From the IMG/VR virus record IMGVR_UViG_3300025133_000029, positions 64,001-128,000 of that record: DNA of 64,000 nt. One strand, given 5' to 3'. Shown piece after piece: positions 18,273-28,321 of the stretch. Below the pieces are notes generated by a model. That model searched no databases. It was not told the DNA's origin and was given only the letters and a program-made list of their open reading frames with translations. The translations under genes were made by a program, and so were the position numbers. The first letter of the stretch is position 1, and each line of letters starts with the position of its first letter. Source of the stretch: a virus.

Positions 18273-19279
18273 AGGAACAAAAGGTTACTCGTTTGCCAAA
18301 GAAAATTGAAGAGTTGTTTAACTCAGTAAGAAACAAGCCAAACTATGTAGATGAAAAAGAAGAAAGAAATTGGGTGGATTCACTATTTATAAGTGGAGGT
18401 AGTAAAGTGTTTCGTTTTATGGAAGATGTTAGGGAAATGTGCTTATCTGGTTCATGCGATGATGCGATGAAGGTTGAAAAAGATATAGCAAAGGGAATAG
18501 ATACCGATACGGGTGATAAGGAAGGAGAAGATCTCTTCTTTCCCGAAGAGGTGGGGCAACTTCTTTATCAAAGAGACCCTCGTGAGCTAATCTCTTCTTA
18601 TCCGGACTTGCCCAGAGTGGTTCCAAACTTTTCAGTAAATACTATGTCTGGGATTAGTGAGGGGAGGCATGTTTGGACTGCGTGTCTAGATCTTATGGAG
18701 TGGTCACTAACGAGCAGTTGTGTACCAAAGAGGGATGTGGGGACGTTGGATTGTTTAATGGGGATAACACCCCATTACGAGGCGGCTTGGCAGGATTTTA
18801 GAAATTGGCCGTTAGCAAAAAGTACGGACAGAAATGATCCCCTTCGTTGGGGAAATAGACCATTACTTCTTATGTCTATTGTAGTTCTTCGCTATAATGG
18901 GGAGTACTTTCTATATGTTTGCCATTCATCATTGCGGGGGATGAGTTCGGACAGACAAAGAGCATCAAAGAGGGGATTGTTTCTCTGGAACTTTATATGT
19001 CACAACATGCATTGGTGGCTACCAAAGAGTATTGGGGGAGGGGGGTTGGCGGTTTGCTATTCGGTGACAAGAGATCCTCTAGAGAGGGAGAATGTTGCTA
19101 AACTTGGGACTTTGATGGGGGTGTATGGAGGGGTAGATGCTTGTATCATTGGAAATAGTGGGACTGTATTAATGCATCATCCTAATGATTTTGAATTAGA
19201 TGATCATTTAGGATTAGAGTTATTGCCATTAAGGAATTCTGATGGGGTTAGATCGTCTTTGAAGATTTTTGAGTCATAA
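18200..19279 (+). CDS. Hypothetical protein (start uncertain, probably further downstream)
   Basis: 359-aa ORF. Confidence 0.55.
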   Translation: MFFLRSRAKKWCLFHVWCFDLNRLKEQKVTRLPKKIEELFNSVRNKPNYVDEKEERNWVDSLFISGGSKVFRFMEDVREMCLSGSCDDAMKVEKDIAKGIDTDTGDKEGEDLFFPEEVGQLLYQRDPRELISSYPDLPRVVPNFSVNTMSGISEGRHVWTACLDLMEWSLTSSCVPKRDVGTLDCLMGITPHYEAAWQDFRNWPLAKSTDRNDPLRWGNRPLLLMSIVVLRYNGEYFLYVCHSSLRGMSSDRQRASKRGLFLWNFICHNMHWWLPKSIGGGGLAVCYSVTRDPLERENVAKLGTLMGVYGGVDACIIGNSGTVLMHHPNDFELDDHLGLELLPLRNSDGVRSSLKIFES

Positions 19280-19288
19280 GAAAAAGGT

Positions 19289-19729
19289 CTAGGGGATATT
19301 CTCTATTTTTGTTTTCTCCATTAGATCTTTGGATGAATGCAGAAGATTATCTATTGTTTTATCCTCTACTTTTATAAGTTCCGCAGATAGTTTTTTTTTG
19401 TTTCTTTGAGATTTTTTTTCAAGATCGGCTATTTGTTTATTTATTTGCTTTCTTTTTTCTTTGCGACCTGCTTCTGTTTTTTTTATAAGAGCAAGTTTGT
19501 GTTTATTGACGGCTATATTTTTTTCATATCTGGCTTGGTCTCTCTGAGCTTTTAGCCACTTGGTACTAACCCGAAGTTTGTATACGGTTCTTTTATATCG
19601 TCGAATCACAAACTGTTGTACGGATATGATAGCGAGAGTGGCGGCTAAACCCCAGACAAGTATTTTTACCCAAATTTTCTCTGAGTACCCACTTGCGATT
19701 TTGCCAAAAAAGTTTTTTACTTTTTCCAT
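19289..19729 (-). CDS. Membrane-anchored coiled-coil protein (possibly i-spanin-like)
   Basis: N-terminal TM followed by a Lys-rich coiled coil. Confidence 0.5.
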   Translation of the reverse strand: MEKVKNFFGKIASGYSEKIWVKILVWGLAATLAIISVQQFVIRRYKRTVYKLRVSTKWLKAQRDQARYEKNIAVNKHKLALIKKTEAGRKEKRKQINKQIADLEKKSQRNKKKLSAELIKVEDKTIDNLLHSSKDLMEKTKIENIP

Positions 19730-19738
19730 AATCGTCTT

Positions 19739-21157
19739 CTAGTTTTTTTGTGTTTTTGGCACCGGGACAATTGGAATGGACTCTGCTTTAGAATCTTTAG
19801 AGTCTAAAGATTCTTCTTCCAGAATCTTTCCTTGCTCGTCGAATTCTATATCGACGGGTGTTATATCGGATAATTCTCCAGATATGAGGTGTGGCTCAAT
19901 TCCAACTCGTTTCATTCTGTCGAGAATAATGGCTCCATATCCAGGATCAAGCTCTATCCCATATCCTCGGCGACCCGTGCTTTCTGCGGCGATAAGAGAA
20001 GTGCCGCTTCCCAAGAAAGCATCGTATACAGAATCTCCGGGGTTTGTGTGGTTTTCTATAGGTCGGCGCATGCATTCTATTGGTTTTTGTGTTCCATGAC
20101 CTGTTTGTTCGTCGAGTTCGTCATTTCCTCCTCCAAAGGCAGCCAGATTTCTTATTTCCCAAACATTTGATTGTTTTCTTCCTCCCTGCCAATTTGCGCT
20201 CTTTCCCTTTCTTACTGCATACCAAGCCATCTCATATTGTTGGTGGTAGTGACTTCTTGAGAATGCAAAGTGTTGCTTTTTCCAAACAACCATTGTTCTT
20301 GGTATAAAGTTGCAGTCTCGCAGTCCATCCATAATAACATCGGTAAATATGGCGGCGTGCCATACATAGGCAACATCTCCGGGAAAGAGTTTATATGCAT
20401 CTCGCCAGTCTGCTATGTGGTCATTAGCGACTTTTCCAGTAGATCGAACATTTCCTCGCATTGTGTCAGCTTCATTTCTCCATCCCGGATCATAGTTCAC
20501 TCCGTAGGGAGGGTCGGTAACCATAAGGAGTGGAACTTCACCACCAAAGAGAGTACTTACGGCTTGAGGATCTGTTGAAGATCCGATCATGAGTCTATGG
20601 TCACCGCATTGCCAGAGTTGTCCTAGTTGAGTTTTCCATTCGCGTTGCATGTCCTCTCTGGGGTCAAAGTCTTGTCTGTTTTCTTCATCACGGACATTGT
20701 TTTTCTTTTGATCGATTTTGACGCCTTGAAGGATTTCTCGGAGGTCTTCGGTTTTGAAACCTGTTCCTCTTAGTTTTATTGCGCTTTGTTTTACGTTCTC
20801 GAGTATTTCTGAAAGTATTTTATTGTCGTACGTTGCGATGTCAGATGTGCGGTTATCGGCGAGGAGTATTCGGAGAGCTTGGTCATCATCTACGTCTATA
20901 AATATAACGGGGACTTTAGTTTCTCCTTCTTCCAGGAGAGCTTTGTATCTGTGGTTTCCAACAAGGATGAAATTTGTTGTTTTTTGAACAATCAATACGC
21001 CATAGAAACCATTAACTTGAAGGCTTTCGCGTATGAGGTCGATGTTTCCTTTTCTTGGGTTTCTTGGGTGAGTAAACACTGAATCAATGGGAACTTCTTC
21101 AATAGAAGATCCATCATTCAGGAAGTGTATTTTTTGTTCTTGCTTGATTTCTTCCAT
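19739..21157 (-). CDS. ParB-like N-terminal domain fused to a beta-class N6A/N4C DNA methyltransferase
   Basis: HPRNPR...ILVGNHRY (ParB/Srx); TDPPY (motif IV), HGTQKP, DAFLGSGT (motif I). Confidence 0.9.
   Translation of the reverse strand: MEEIKQEQKIHFLNDGSSIEEVPIDSVFTHPRNPRKGNIDLIRESLQVNGFYGVLIVQKTTNFILVGNHRYKALLEEGETKVPVIFIDVDDDQALRILLADNRTSDIATYDNKILSEILENVKQSAIKLRGTGFKTEDLREILQGVKIDQKKNNVRDEENRQDFDPREDMQREWKTQLGQLWQCGDHRLMIGSSTDPQAVSTLFGGEVPLLMVTDPPYGVNYDPGWRNEADTMRGNVRSTGKVANDHIADWRDAYKLFPGDVAYVWHAAIFTDVIMDGLRDCNFIPRTMVVWKKQHFAFSRSHYHQQYEMAWYAVRKGKSANWQGGRKQSNVWEIRNLAAFGGGNDELDEQTGHGTQKPIECMRRPIENHTNPGDSVYDAFLGSGTSLIAAESTGRRGYGIELDPGYGAIILDRMKRVGIEPHLISGELSDITPVDIEFDEQGKILEEESLDSKDSKAESIPIVPVPKTQKN
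19794..19810. repeat. Dispersed palindrome TCTTTAGA-G-TCTAAAGA inside the MTase 3' end
   Basis: Exact core; encodes SLDSKD. Confidence 0.95.
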
Positions 21158-21205
21158 GGGTTTTTCCTTCTGTTGTTTTTTTGGCGAAATAAAGCGAGGA
21201 GTGTT

Positions 21206-21658
21206 TTATTGTGGGAACTTTATCTCTGGTGTATCCGGAGCTTGATTTGTCTCTTTTGGTTCACTGGATTGTGAGAGACCTTTGGTCGCTTTGTGAATCT
21301 CGCCAACAACTTTTGTTTGTATGAATTGGATAGCACTTTCACTGACATCACCGTCAGGGTATACCAAATATAATTGTCTTGCCATCAATAATTTTTGTTG
21401 GGCACGAATTACAGAAAGACCAGATGCGGATGCTAAGTCTTCGGCGTTGTAGATTGTATGTTCCCAGAGAGCATTCCATAATTCATTGTCTGACATGGTT
21501 GCGCCATTTTTTATTTCATTTGGGGGATCCCATTTTACACCGATACGACGCCATGCGAGGATTAGATTCAAGAGTGAGTCGTCACCAATGAGAGAGTGTG
21601 CATTTTCAATACTGTCTTTGACAATAAATGAGCGGAGGAGTGTTGATGGATGAGCCAT
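21206..21658 (-). CDS. Hypothetical protein
   Basis: ORF with AAGGA RBS before ATG 21658. Confidence 0.55.
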   Translation of the reverse strand: MAHPSTLLRSFIVKDSIENAHSLIGDDSLLNLILAWRRIGVKWDPPNEIKNGATMSDNELWNALWEHTIYNAEDLASASGLSVIRAQQKLLMARQLYLVYPDGDVSESAIQFIQTKVVGEIHKATKGLSQSSEPKETNQAPDTPEIKFPQ

Positions 21659-21675
21659 TATTATTCCTTGTACGC

Positions 21676-21715
21676 AAAAAAAAAGGGCCATGACGTTAAT
21701 TCGCCATGGCCCTTT
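21676..21715 (-). terminator. Rho-independent terminator
   Basis: AAAGGGCCATG/CATGGCCCTTT stem with an A-run (U-tract on the minus strand). Confidence 0.75.
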
Positions 21716-21754
21716 CGATAATAGTCTTTTTTTGAGTCTATTGACTCATTTTTT

Positions 21755-22186
21755 TTAGAAGAGTCCGGAAGATGCCATCGATTGACGAGCGAGTCGATAG
21801 TCATTTTCTATAGCGGTTCTGAGCAGGAGAGCCTCATCGTTGGACAGTGGAGCTTTTACGCGAACAACGCTCTCGGGCAGATTTTGGAATTTAAATCCAA
21901 GAACAGAAGACATTGCGAGGGCCTCAAACTCAGTTAGGGCGATGCCAAGGTTTGATTTCCGAAGAGCTTCCTGAACGATTCCTTTGGCGTATCCTATATC
22001 AATAGCTCCATTTGGATATCGACGCCACAGTCCATGTCCAATGTTTCTGCTCTCTTGTGAGGGAACAATGCTTCCAGTTGGTCTGTTTTCAAAAGGCCAA
22101 TTGCTTGTTCTTCTTCTCAGATGAAGAGGTATGGCAGATGGTCTGGGTGATTTCATAAGTATGGATGCGTTGTGTGAGGTTTGCAT
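21755..22186 (-). CDS. Hypothetical protein
   Basis: 143 aa, starts 2 nt after the stop of the 998-aa gene. Confidence 0.6.
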   Translation of the reverse strand: MQTSHNASILMKSPRPSAIPLHLRRRTSNWPFENRPTGSIVPSQESRNIGHGLWRRYPNGAIDIGYAKGIVQEALRKSNLGIALTEFEALAMSSVLGFKFQNLPESVVRVKAPLSNDEALLLRTAIENDYRLARQSMASSGLF

Positions 22187-22188
22187 GA

Positions 22189-25185
22189 TTAAATTTCTCC
22201 TCCCATAGCAGGTGCGGCTCCTTCATCAGAGCCACCCATGCTATCTATCATTTTAGCGAGTTCGTTGTTGGTTTCTTGTAGTTTTGCAAGGTTGTCTGTG
22301 TCCGGGTGAAGTTTGTCCCCCATGGCTTTCTCGAGGTCTTGTATGGCTTTTTCGAGTTCGAAGCTAGTAGAACTCGAAACTGTGTATGGGTGACTGGCGT
22401 CTGTGACTTGTCCCTCTGGTCTTTCGCTAAAGATGGGGACGGCGACCTGTGAAAGTTCGCTTATGGCGGGAATGCTTTTGTGCAAGCTCTTTTGAGCCGA
22501 ATCCAACTCACGAAGTTCTTTTGCTTGCCAAAGCAAACATTTTCTTTGCAAGAGAAAATACTTGCCTTGAACATCACGAAGTTCTTCTCGGAGGGTTTGT
22601 CTTTTATTTTTATCTGGATCTATAACTGTTCCATAGTTCCAGTTCGTGTCAGTAAGATCGTAGAGTTTTGCTTCGATTTCTTGTTCTTCTGCGAGGATTT
22701 CCATGCTTTGTGCTTGAAATGGAGTTCCTGAGAAGAAATCAATCCTCTCTCGGAGATTTTCGTGGAGCCATGCTTTGCTAATATCCACATTGCCGGGGAT
22801 TGATTTTCCGAGATTTTCTTCGAATTGGACACTTTTTTGGGTCTTGTCGTTTCGACGGCATTCAGCGGCTTTGAAGCGCATGGCCTGTGCTTGCAGTTTT
22901 AGGATGTCGACTTCGCACTTCTTTTCGTCTTCGTCTAGTTTTTTTCTCTTTTTCTCATCGGGGTCATGTTTATTTCCAGCTTCCCATTTTATGGGTCGAA
23001 GCGCTCGGCGTTTTGCGATTAGCTCTTTGAGCTTCGCGCAGAGTTCAATTGATTTTGCGTAGTAGGGTGTCCCATAAAAGTCTTCGTAGATATGGGTGTC
23101 ATCCCCCACCGCAATACTCATTGGTATTCCAAAGCCCTTGGAAAAGTCTTGTTCTAAGAGACCCATGGCCTGATCAAGAGCGTTGGGATAAAGTTGGGCT
23201 TCAAGCTCTAAAATGGATCGTTCCAATGCTTTGTTCATTGTTTGGGCCTCTGGGTTATATTCGAAGGAGTCCTGATATCCTTCGTATGGGTGTTGGTAAC
23301 TTGGGTCTCTTCTTGATAGCGCATGTCCGACGCCTTCATCCCATTCTTTGTTTTCTTTTTGGCGATCAAGGTGTTGAGCGGCGGCACGGTCGTATTTGTC
23401 GCGATATCCACCCATTCGTGCCAATGCAGTGCCCGTTCCTTCAGCCCATTCTTTGTCTTCTTTTTGGCGATCAAGGTGTTGAGCGGCGGCACGATCGTAT
23501 TTGTCGTGATATCCACCCATTTGTGCTAATGCAGTGCCTGTTCCTTCAGCCCATTCTTTTTGTCTATCTTTGTGTCGAAGTTGGGCAGCAGCGGCTCTTT
23601 CGTGTTTGTTTCGAAAGATGTCAGCCGCGGTGTCTTTGATAGCGGTAGCTGCTTGCCCAGGGGCTTGTGCTGCTTGTCCTACTTTGTCTATTGGTCTGAG
23701 GGCGGCGTGGGCTAATTGGGCTATAAATTCTCCACCTGTTGGATCATTTGCAGCACCACCTGCATTGAATCCAAGAACAGCTGGTGATGTTGGTGAGAGT
23801 CCCGCTACTCCTCCGATCCCTGCATATTCTTGGAAGGGGTTGGGTTTAGCGGGAAGATTGGGAGTTTGTTCTTTGCCAAGTCCAGCAGATCCTTCCCGCC
23901 GCTGCTGTCCAACTTGGCGAGAGAATTTCTCTGGGTTTTTTGGAGCCGTCGTTGTTTTAGGCGGGGCAGACGGTGCTGAAGATCCTTGTGGGGGTGCGGA
24001 ACTGGAAGTTGAGGGTGTTGAGGGTGTTGAGGGTGTTGAGGAGCTAGGTCCAAAAGGTGTTTGGTTTTGTTGGGGGCTTTGGTTTTGTCCTTGGCTTTCT
24101 TGGGGACGGGGAGTGTTGTTGGGTGAAAACTTTGCATCGAAAGAAGAACCAGATCTTTGGTTTCCTGCGGCTTGCTTAACCTTCTCATCACTAAACGAGT
24201 AGTTTCGAACTTGGTTTGGGTTTGATCCTGTATATGTGTTGTTTTGGCCTGCGTTACCTGTGGATGTCCCTCCATTCGTAGCGTTATTGGATGTTCCTCC
24301 ACCGACAGATGTAGTGGAGGACGGCTGGGGAGCGGGGGGGCTGGTTGCACTACCACCTTGCGGCGAGGATGCTGGTGGTGTGCTTGTGGAATTACCAGCG
24401 CCCCCCATTGCCTTTCCCAGCACACCATTCCAGCTCTTCATTGTATCTTCTCCCGGCATGGCGAGAGGTGAAGGAAGACCTTGCGCAGCTGCAGGGCTGG
24501 CGGGTGTAATATTAGGAATAGCTCCAGGGTTAGCTCCGGGGACGGGTGGGGCCATTGGAGGTGCGGGAATTCCATGAGGATTGCTTCCTCCCATTCTTGG
24601 TCCACCAAGGGGCATGGGGGAGGGGGGAGGGGTAAGTGTGGGCATGGCGTCTTCCGGAGCAGAAGATGGTCCGGGGAGAGGTGGCGGGGGAGAAAGCATT
24701 GTGCTTTGGATATTGCCACGAGTGGGGGGTGTTCCCCAACCACCTAGAGGTGGATTGTTTGTTTCGTTTTGGGGTTCGATCTCATCTTCTTGGGGTTCGA
24801 TCTCATTTTCTTGGGATGGAGGGCTTGGAGGAAAGGCATTCATGCTTTGGGGCATGTTAGGAGGAGCGGAGTCGAATCCAGGTGCCTGTCCTCTGCCGGG
24901 AGGCTTCGCAGGCATTGGGGGCTGTATCATAGGCGGGTTGGCTTTGTGGAGATTTCTCATCTCGGCAGGAAAGATGGTATGACTTCTGACGAAAGGAACA
25001 CCTCGAGAAGTCACGTTATTTCCAGAGGGTAGAAAGGAGACAGACTGTTGGGGGAAATATTGCCCAACGGGAGCGTGGTTGTGTTGCACTCCTTGCACTA
25101 TTCCTGCGTGAGTGGTTCTCCTTTGAAATCGCGAAGGGTTGCCAGGGAGAAGTTGTCCTGGCAATGGTTGTTTGGGGTGACTCAT
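22189..25185 (-). CDS. Large Pro/Gly/Ser-rich protein, probable internal head/ejection protein
   Basis: 998 aa; disordered N-terminal half, 35-aa repeats, many K-S/K-A motifs (LEKA, LGKS, LHKS, ISKA). Confidence 0.65.
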   Translation of the reverse strand: MSHPKQPLPGQLLPGNPSRFQRRTTHAGIVQGVQHNHAPVGQYFPQQSVSFLPSGNNVTSRGVPFVRSHTIFPAEMRNLHKANPPMIQPPMPAKPPGRGQAPGFDSAPPNMPQSMNAFPPSPPSQENEIEPQEDEIEPQNETNNPPLGGWGTPPTRGNIQSTMLSPPPPLPGPSSAPEDAMPTLTPPPSPMPLGGPRMGGSNPHGIPAPPMAPPVPGANPGAIPNITPASPAAAQGLPSPLAMPGEDTMKSWNGVLGKAMGGAGNSTSTPPASSPQGGSATSPPAPQPSSTTSVGGGTSNNATNGGTSTGNAGQNNTYTGSNPNQVRNYSFSDEKVKQAAGNQRSGSSFDAKFSPNNTPRPQESQGQNQSPQQNQTPFGPSSSTPSTPSTPSTSSSAPPQGSSAPSAPPKTTTAPKNPEKFSRQVGQQRREGSAGLGKEQTPNLPAKPNPFQEYAGIGGVAGLSPTSPAVLGFNAGGAANDPTGGEFIAQLAHAALRPIDKVGQAAQAPGQAATAIKDTAADIFRNKHERAAAAQLRHKDRQKEWAEGTGTALAQMGGYHDKYDRAAAQHLDRQKEDKEWAEGTGTALARMGGYRDKYDRAAAQHLDRQKENKEWDEGVGHALSRRDPSYQHPYEGYQDSFEYNPEAQTMNKALERSILELEAQLYPNALDQAMGLLEQDFSKGFGIPMSIAVGDDTHIYEDFYGTPYYAKSIELCAKLKELIAKRRALRPIKWEAGNKHDPDEKKRKKLDEDEKKCEVDILKLQAQAMRFKAAECRRNDKTQKSVQFEENLGKSIPGNVDISKAWLHENLRERIDFFSGTPFQAQSMEILAEEQEIEAKLYDLTDTNWNYGTVIDPDKNKRQTLREELRDVQGKYFLLQRKCLLWQAKELRELDSAQKSLHKSIPAISELSQVAVPIFSERPEGQVTDASHPYTVSSSTSFELEKAIQDLEKAMGDKLHPDTDNLAKLQETNNELAKMIDSMGGSDEGAAPAMGGEI
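23333..23559. repeat. Intragenic 105-bp tandem repeat (about 2.2 copies)
   Basis: Period 105 nt (23335/23440/23545), encoding EWAEGTGTALA.MGGY.DKYDRAAAQHLDRQKE.K. Confidence 0.9.
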
Positions 25186-25214
25186 TTTTATTTTCCTCGA
25201 ATGTGTATGAAAAA

Positions 25215-25231
25215 TCTTTAGAATCTAAAGA
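25215..25231. repeat. Dispersed palindrome TCTTTAGA-A-TCTAAAGA
   Basis: Exact core, about 30 nt upstream of the 998-aa gene start. Confidence 0.95.
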
Positions 25232-25380
25232 TCTTTCTACGGTGTTTTGTAAGCCCAGGTTAATAGCCCAGGTGAATGAGTGTCAAGCGTGAGTTTTGTA
25301 TAAATGATGGATAATTCGTTTTTCGAGTGATGTTTGTGTTGTTATTTTGTGTGCTTTCTTTATAGGTGTTTTATTTAGAT

Positions 25381-26520
25381 ATGAACAAGAAAACATTGCC
25401 ATCTCCTCCTCTCCCATCTCCACCACAGCCTCCCTCGGTGTCTTCGCGCGGTGTTCTGCCAAGTCCTCCCCTGCCTTCTCCACCATTACCACCAATTGTG
25501 CCTTTTGTTCCACCCTCTCCTCCTGTTTCGAATGTGGGTGGTATGGGAGTTTTCTTTAAGGTTCCTCGAGGTGTTGAAGTCGATGATGCTCCTGTTGGTG
25601 GTGATCGTGTTTTGTTTTCTCCACAAGTGAACGAGGTTCCTGTGGAGAAGTTGGGATTGGCTCCTATCCCTCCAAAGCCATCGCCACCGAGTCCCATTGA
25701 TTTGGTTTCTTTGGATAGGGGTTCTCCAGAGCCTAAAGGCTTTGCGACCCTACCAAGGCCATCGCAAGATGGAGATAGTGGGGTGGCGGGACATTTCACT
25801 TTCCCGGTTGGGGGAGGAAGAGTTGAGGTCGCACCCAAACAAGAGGATTCGTATGTAGTTGAAGAGTATGTGAGTTTGAGCGAGCAGATAAAGAGAAGTC
25901 TTGTTTCCTTTGATGGAGATAAGACAATGATGATTCTAGGAAATCGTCTAGATTCTGAATCAACCTCTTCTCATATTTTGAACATGCTTAGGGGGAGTGG
26001 TTTCCCCCCTACTCCAACACCTTATTTCCCCTCTGATATGACGTACAAGCCATCTCATCACGAAGCCTTATTGTCTCTTCTTGGTGTCACTAATTTATTG
26101 ATCGTCTGTATCTGTTCTCCGAAGAATAGAGATCTTGGTAAGTTTCGAGTGACTTCAAGATTCTCTTCAACCCCTTTTCCACCAGATCATATTTCAAAAC
26201 ATGGGATGGCTTGTTACCACAAGGCATTTGAATTGAACGTCCCTCGCATATGGGTGGACTTGGACAAGGATCCGATCGCAGCAAGGAATTATGTAGAGGA
26301 TTCTATTTCTTTGTGTCTGAGTCTAGAGGAGATGGTTTCGGATATACCATTTACGCAGCAGCACCCTCTTGCGCCACAGACTTTGTCTCGTCTGTATCAC
26401 AATCCTGATTTGGGATCTTTTACAATTCTTGTGGTGGGACCATCGATAGAGCATATGGGGGGAGAGGAGGCTTTGAACCCTGTGGTGGGTGGGATACTGG
26501 GGGCGTGTCTTCCTTTCTAG
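25381..26520 (+). CDS. Hypothetical protein with Pro-rich N-terminus and alpha/beta C-terminal domain
   Basis: Long ORF. Confidence 0.55.
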   Translation: MNKKTLPSPPLPSPPQPPSVSSRGVLPSPPLPSPPLPPIVPFVPPSPPVSNVGGMGVFFKVPRGVEVDDAPVGGDRVLFSPQVNEVPVEKLGLAPIPPKPSPPSPIDLVSLDRGSPEPKGFATLPRPSQDGDSGVAGHFTFPVGGGRVEVAPKQEDSYVVEEYVSLSEQIKRSLVSFDGDKTMMILGNRLDSESTSSHILNMLRGSGFPPTPTPYFPSDMTYKPSHHEALLSLLGVTNLLIVCICSPKNRDLGKFRVTSRFSSTPFPPDHISKHGMACYHKAFELNVPRIWVDLDKDPIAARNYVEDSISLCLSLEEMVSDIPFTQQHPLAPQTLSRLYHNPDLGSFTILVVGPSIEHMGGEEALNPVVGGILGACLPF

Positions 26521-26897
26521 TCTTCGTTGTCGGGGAGCATGTTGTTGTTCCCTCTTCGTTCGACCTTCGCTCCTTGTATGGCATCAACGACGGGGGCAAG
26601 AATGGGGTAGCTCCGACGATCGGAGAGGACACCGTTTTGACTGATTCCGTGTGGGTCACAAAAAACGGTGCCATCTCTGTAGAGCATTAGAGATCGAACG
26701 TCGAGTTCTTCTGGGTATCTTTGTGCGCGAGATAGCCCGAATGGATCGTTGAGGTCGACAACATATCCATCCGGGAGACCGATAGAGGAACGGCACTGCA
26801 GCAAGACTCTGTCGTCTTCCAACACAATTGCAACCCAATCCCTACCTAGTGGGATTGCGTTTCCTATATTGGGTGGTGGTTCTTTTTCTTTGGGCAT
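26517..26897 (-). CDS. Hypothetical protein
   Basis: 126-aa ORF. Confidence 0.55.
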   Translation of the reverse strand: MPKEKEPPPNIGNAIPLGRDWVAIVLEDDRVLLQCRSSIGLPDGYVVDLNDPFGLSRAQRYPEELDVRSLMLYRDGTVFCDPHGISQNGVLSDRRSYPILAPVVDAIQGAKVERRGNNNMLPDNED

Positions 26898-26921
26898 GAG
26901 GCAATCTTTGTGAGTTGAAAA

Positions 26922-26938
26922 TCTTTAGAGTCTAAAGA
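26922..26938. repeat. Dispersed palindrome TCTTTAGA-G-TCTAAAGA
   Basis: Exact core, AAAA/TTTT flanks. Confidence 0.95.
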
Positions 26939-26945
26939 TTTTTAT

Positions 26946-27452
26946 TTAGATGCCGCCTTGATGTCTTCGATCACGAGAAACAACGATTCGCCCAATCATG
27001 GGAAGAGTTGCTCCGAGTGTGATTATTTTGAGAATGTCTCCTTGGGGGAGATGTATGTTGTCGGTGAGCATGACATACTGATCTGTGTTGGCGAGGGTGA
27101 CAATCAGTTGTGGGGTCTTGGAGTTTTTTCGGAAGACGAATATCCCACTGCCAGCACCACGCGCCACAGGCTCTAGCCCACCAATTGTTTCAAAGGCGAT
27201 GGATTCGATGATGACGTTGCCACCAAACATCCATCGGCCACCTTGGGTGGGTCCAGTAGCTCCTCCAGGTGTTCCTTGGGCGGCATTGGGAGTGGCTCCC
27301 GTAAACTGCGAGGTAGGAACGTGTTGCGAGATCCACTGGATGTCGGTTCTGGTCGAAAAAGGAATGGGGAGGGGTTGGAACTGTTGTTCGACAACAGGGT
27401 TTCTGTAGTTACTGCTTCGTTGCTTTGAGGTGTATTGATTATCTATGGGCAT
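26946..27452 (-). CDS. Hypothetical (possibly virion) protein
   Basis: 168 aa, beta-rich; AGGA RBS. Confidence 0.55.
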   Translation of the reverse strand: MPIDNQYTSKQRSSNYRNPVVEQQFQPLPIPFSTRTDIQWISQHVPTSQFTGATPNAAQGTPGGATGPTQGGRWMFGGNVIIESIAFETIGGLEPVARGAGSGIFVFRKNSKTPQLIVTLANTDQYVMLTDNIHLPQGDILKIITLGATLPMIGRIVVSRDRRHQGGI

Positions 27453-27501
27453 GATCCTGTCCTTCGCTAGTAGAGAGCATTTTGTTTCACTTCAAGATAC
27501 G

Positions 27502-28212
27502 TTACTTATCTTTATCTGTGAAAGTATCTTCTGGATCAAGAGAGAATGGTCGTGTGTGTGGCATTGGCATTGGGGATTCATCATTTTCTTGATCGATGAA
27601 TCCGGGTTGTCCCTTTTGAACTGCGGGTTCTATATAGTGTATGTCTCTACCGCGCATAGCAAGAAGTTGTTCTGATTTCATCCCAACTCGTAAGGATAGA
27701 ATTTGAGTTGCGACAGCTTCCAGATTCTCTTCACTGAGTTCGGCGTGGAGGTGAGCATGTCTTACTTCACCCTCATGCTTAACCGAATGTTCGATCCGCT
27801 GTGGGGTTTGGTGGATGGCATTGCAGTCTTGGAGGATTTTTGTTTCTCTCAGACGAAGCTCCGATATGAATTTGAGACACCTGATCCGGTCACTTACCTT
27901 ATTAGCACTTTGGAAGTCTGTCCATGCCTCTTCTCTCATTTGAGCAAATTCGGATCTAATCTCTCCCAGGTATGCGTTCTGGTCTATAGATTCTACGCTT
28001 TGAGAGGCAGAGTCTCGATAAGCTTTTATGTAATTGTAAACAGTCTTTCGCGAGACATTTAGTATTTGAGCAACCTGACTAACTGTGTACCCACGAAGCC
28101 TCATTTGGTAGGCTTGCCATATCTTCTCTTTTTTAGACTCTTCGTCTGGGTTGTACTCGACAATTGTAATAGGAAGCCCATCACTTCCACGTTTAATCAT
28201 CTCGTTGCTCAT
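27502..28212 (-). CDS. HTH protein, probable terminase small subunit
   Basis: N-terminal HTH (AYQMRLRGYTVSQVAQILNVSRKTVYNY), helical middle, TPQRIEHSV..EV beta-tail typical of TerS. Confidence 0.55.
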   Translation of the reverse strand: MSNEMIKRGSDGLPITIVEYNPDEESKKEKIWQAYQMRLRGYTVSQVAQILNVSRKTVYNYIKAYRDSASQSVESIDQNAYLGEIRSEFAQMREEAWTDFQSANKVSDRIRCLKFISELRLRETKILQDCNAIHQTPQRIEHSVKHEGEVRHAHLHAELSEENLEAVATQILSLRVGMKSEQLLAMRGRDIHYIEPAVQKGQPGFIDQENDESPMPMPHTRPFSLDPEDTFTDKDK

Positions 28213-28304
28213 ATAAACCGTTCCTCTATTTATGTAGAAAATCCACTACGGATTATTTTTCTAGGAGAATTATATCAATAAACTTCATGTTTGATAAACA
28301 AAAA

Positions 28305-28321
28305 TCTTTAGACTCTAAAGT
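28305..28321. repeat. Dispersed palindrome, 1 mismatch (TCTTTAGA-C-TCTAAAGT)
   Basis: In the divergent TerS/ParB intergenic region. Confidence 0.85.

Noticed and set aside
25381-26520. C-terminal domain as SLOG/MoCo-carrier-like fold (TILVVGP)
   Set aside because: Single weak motif; cannot be supported without a profile search.
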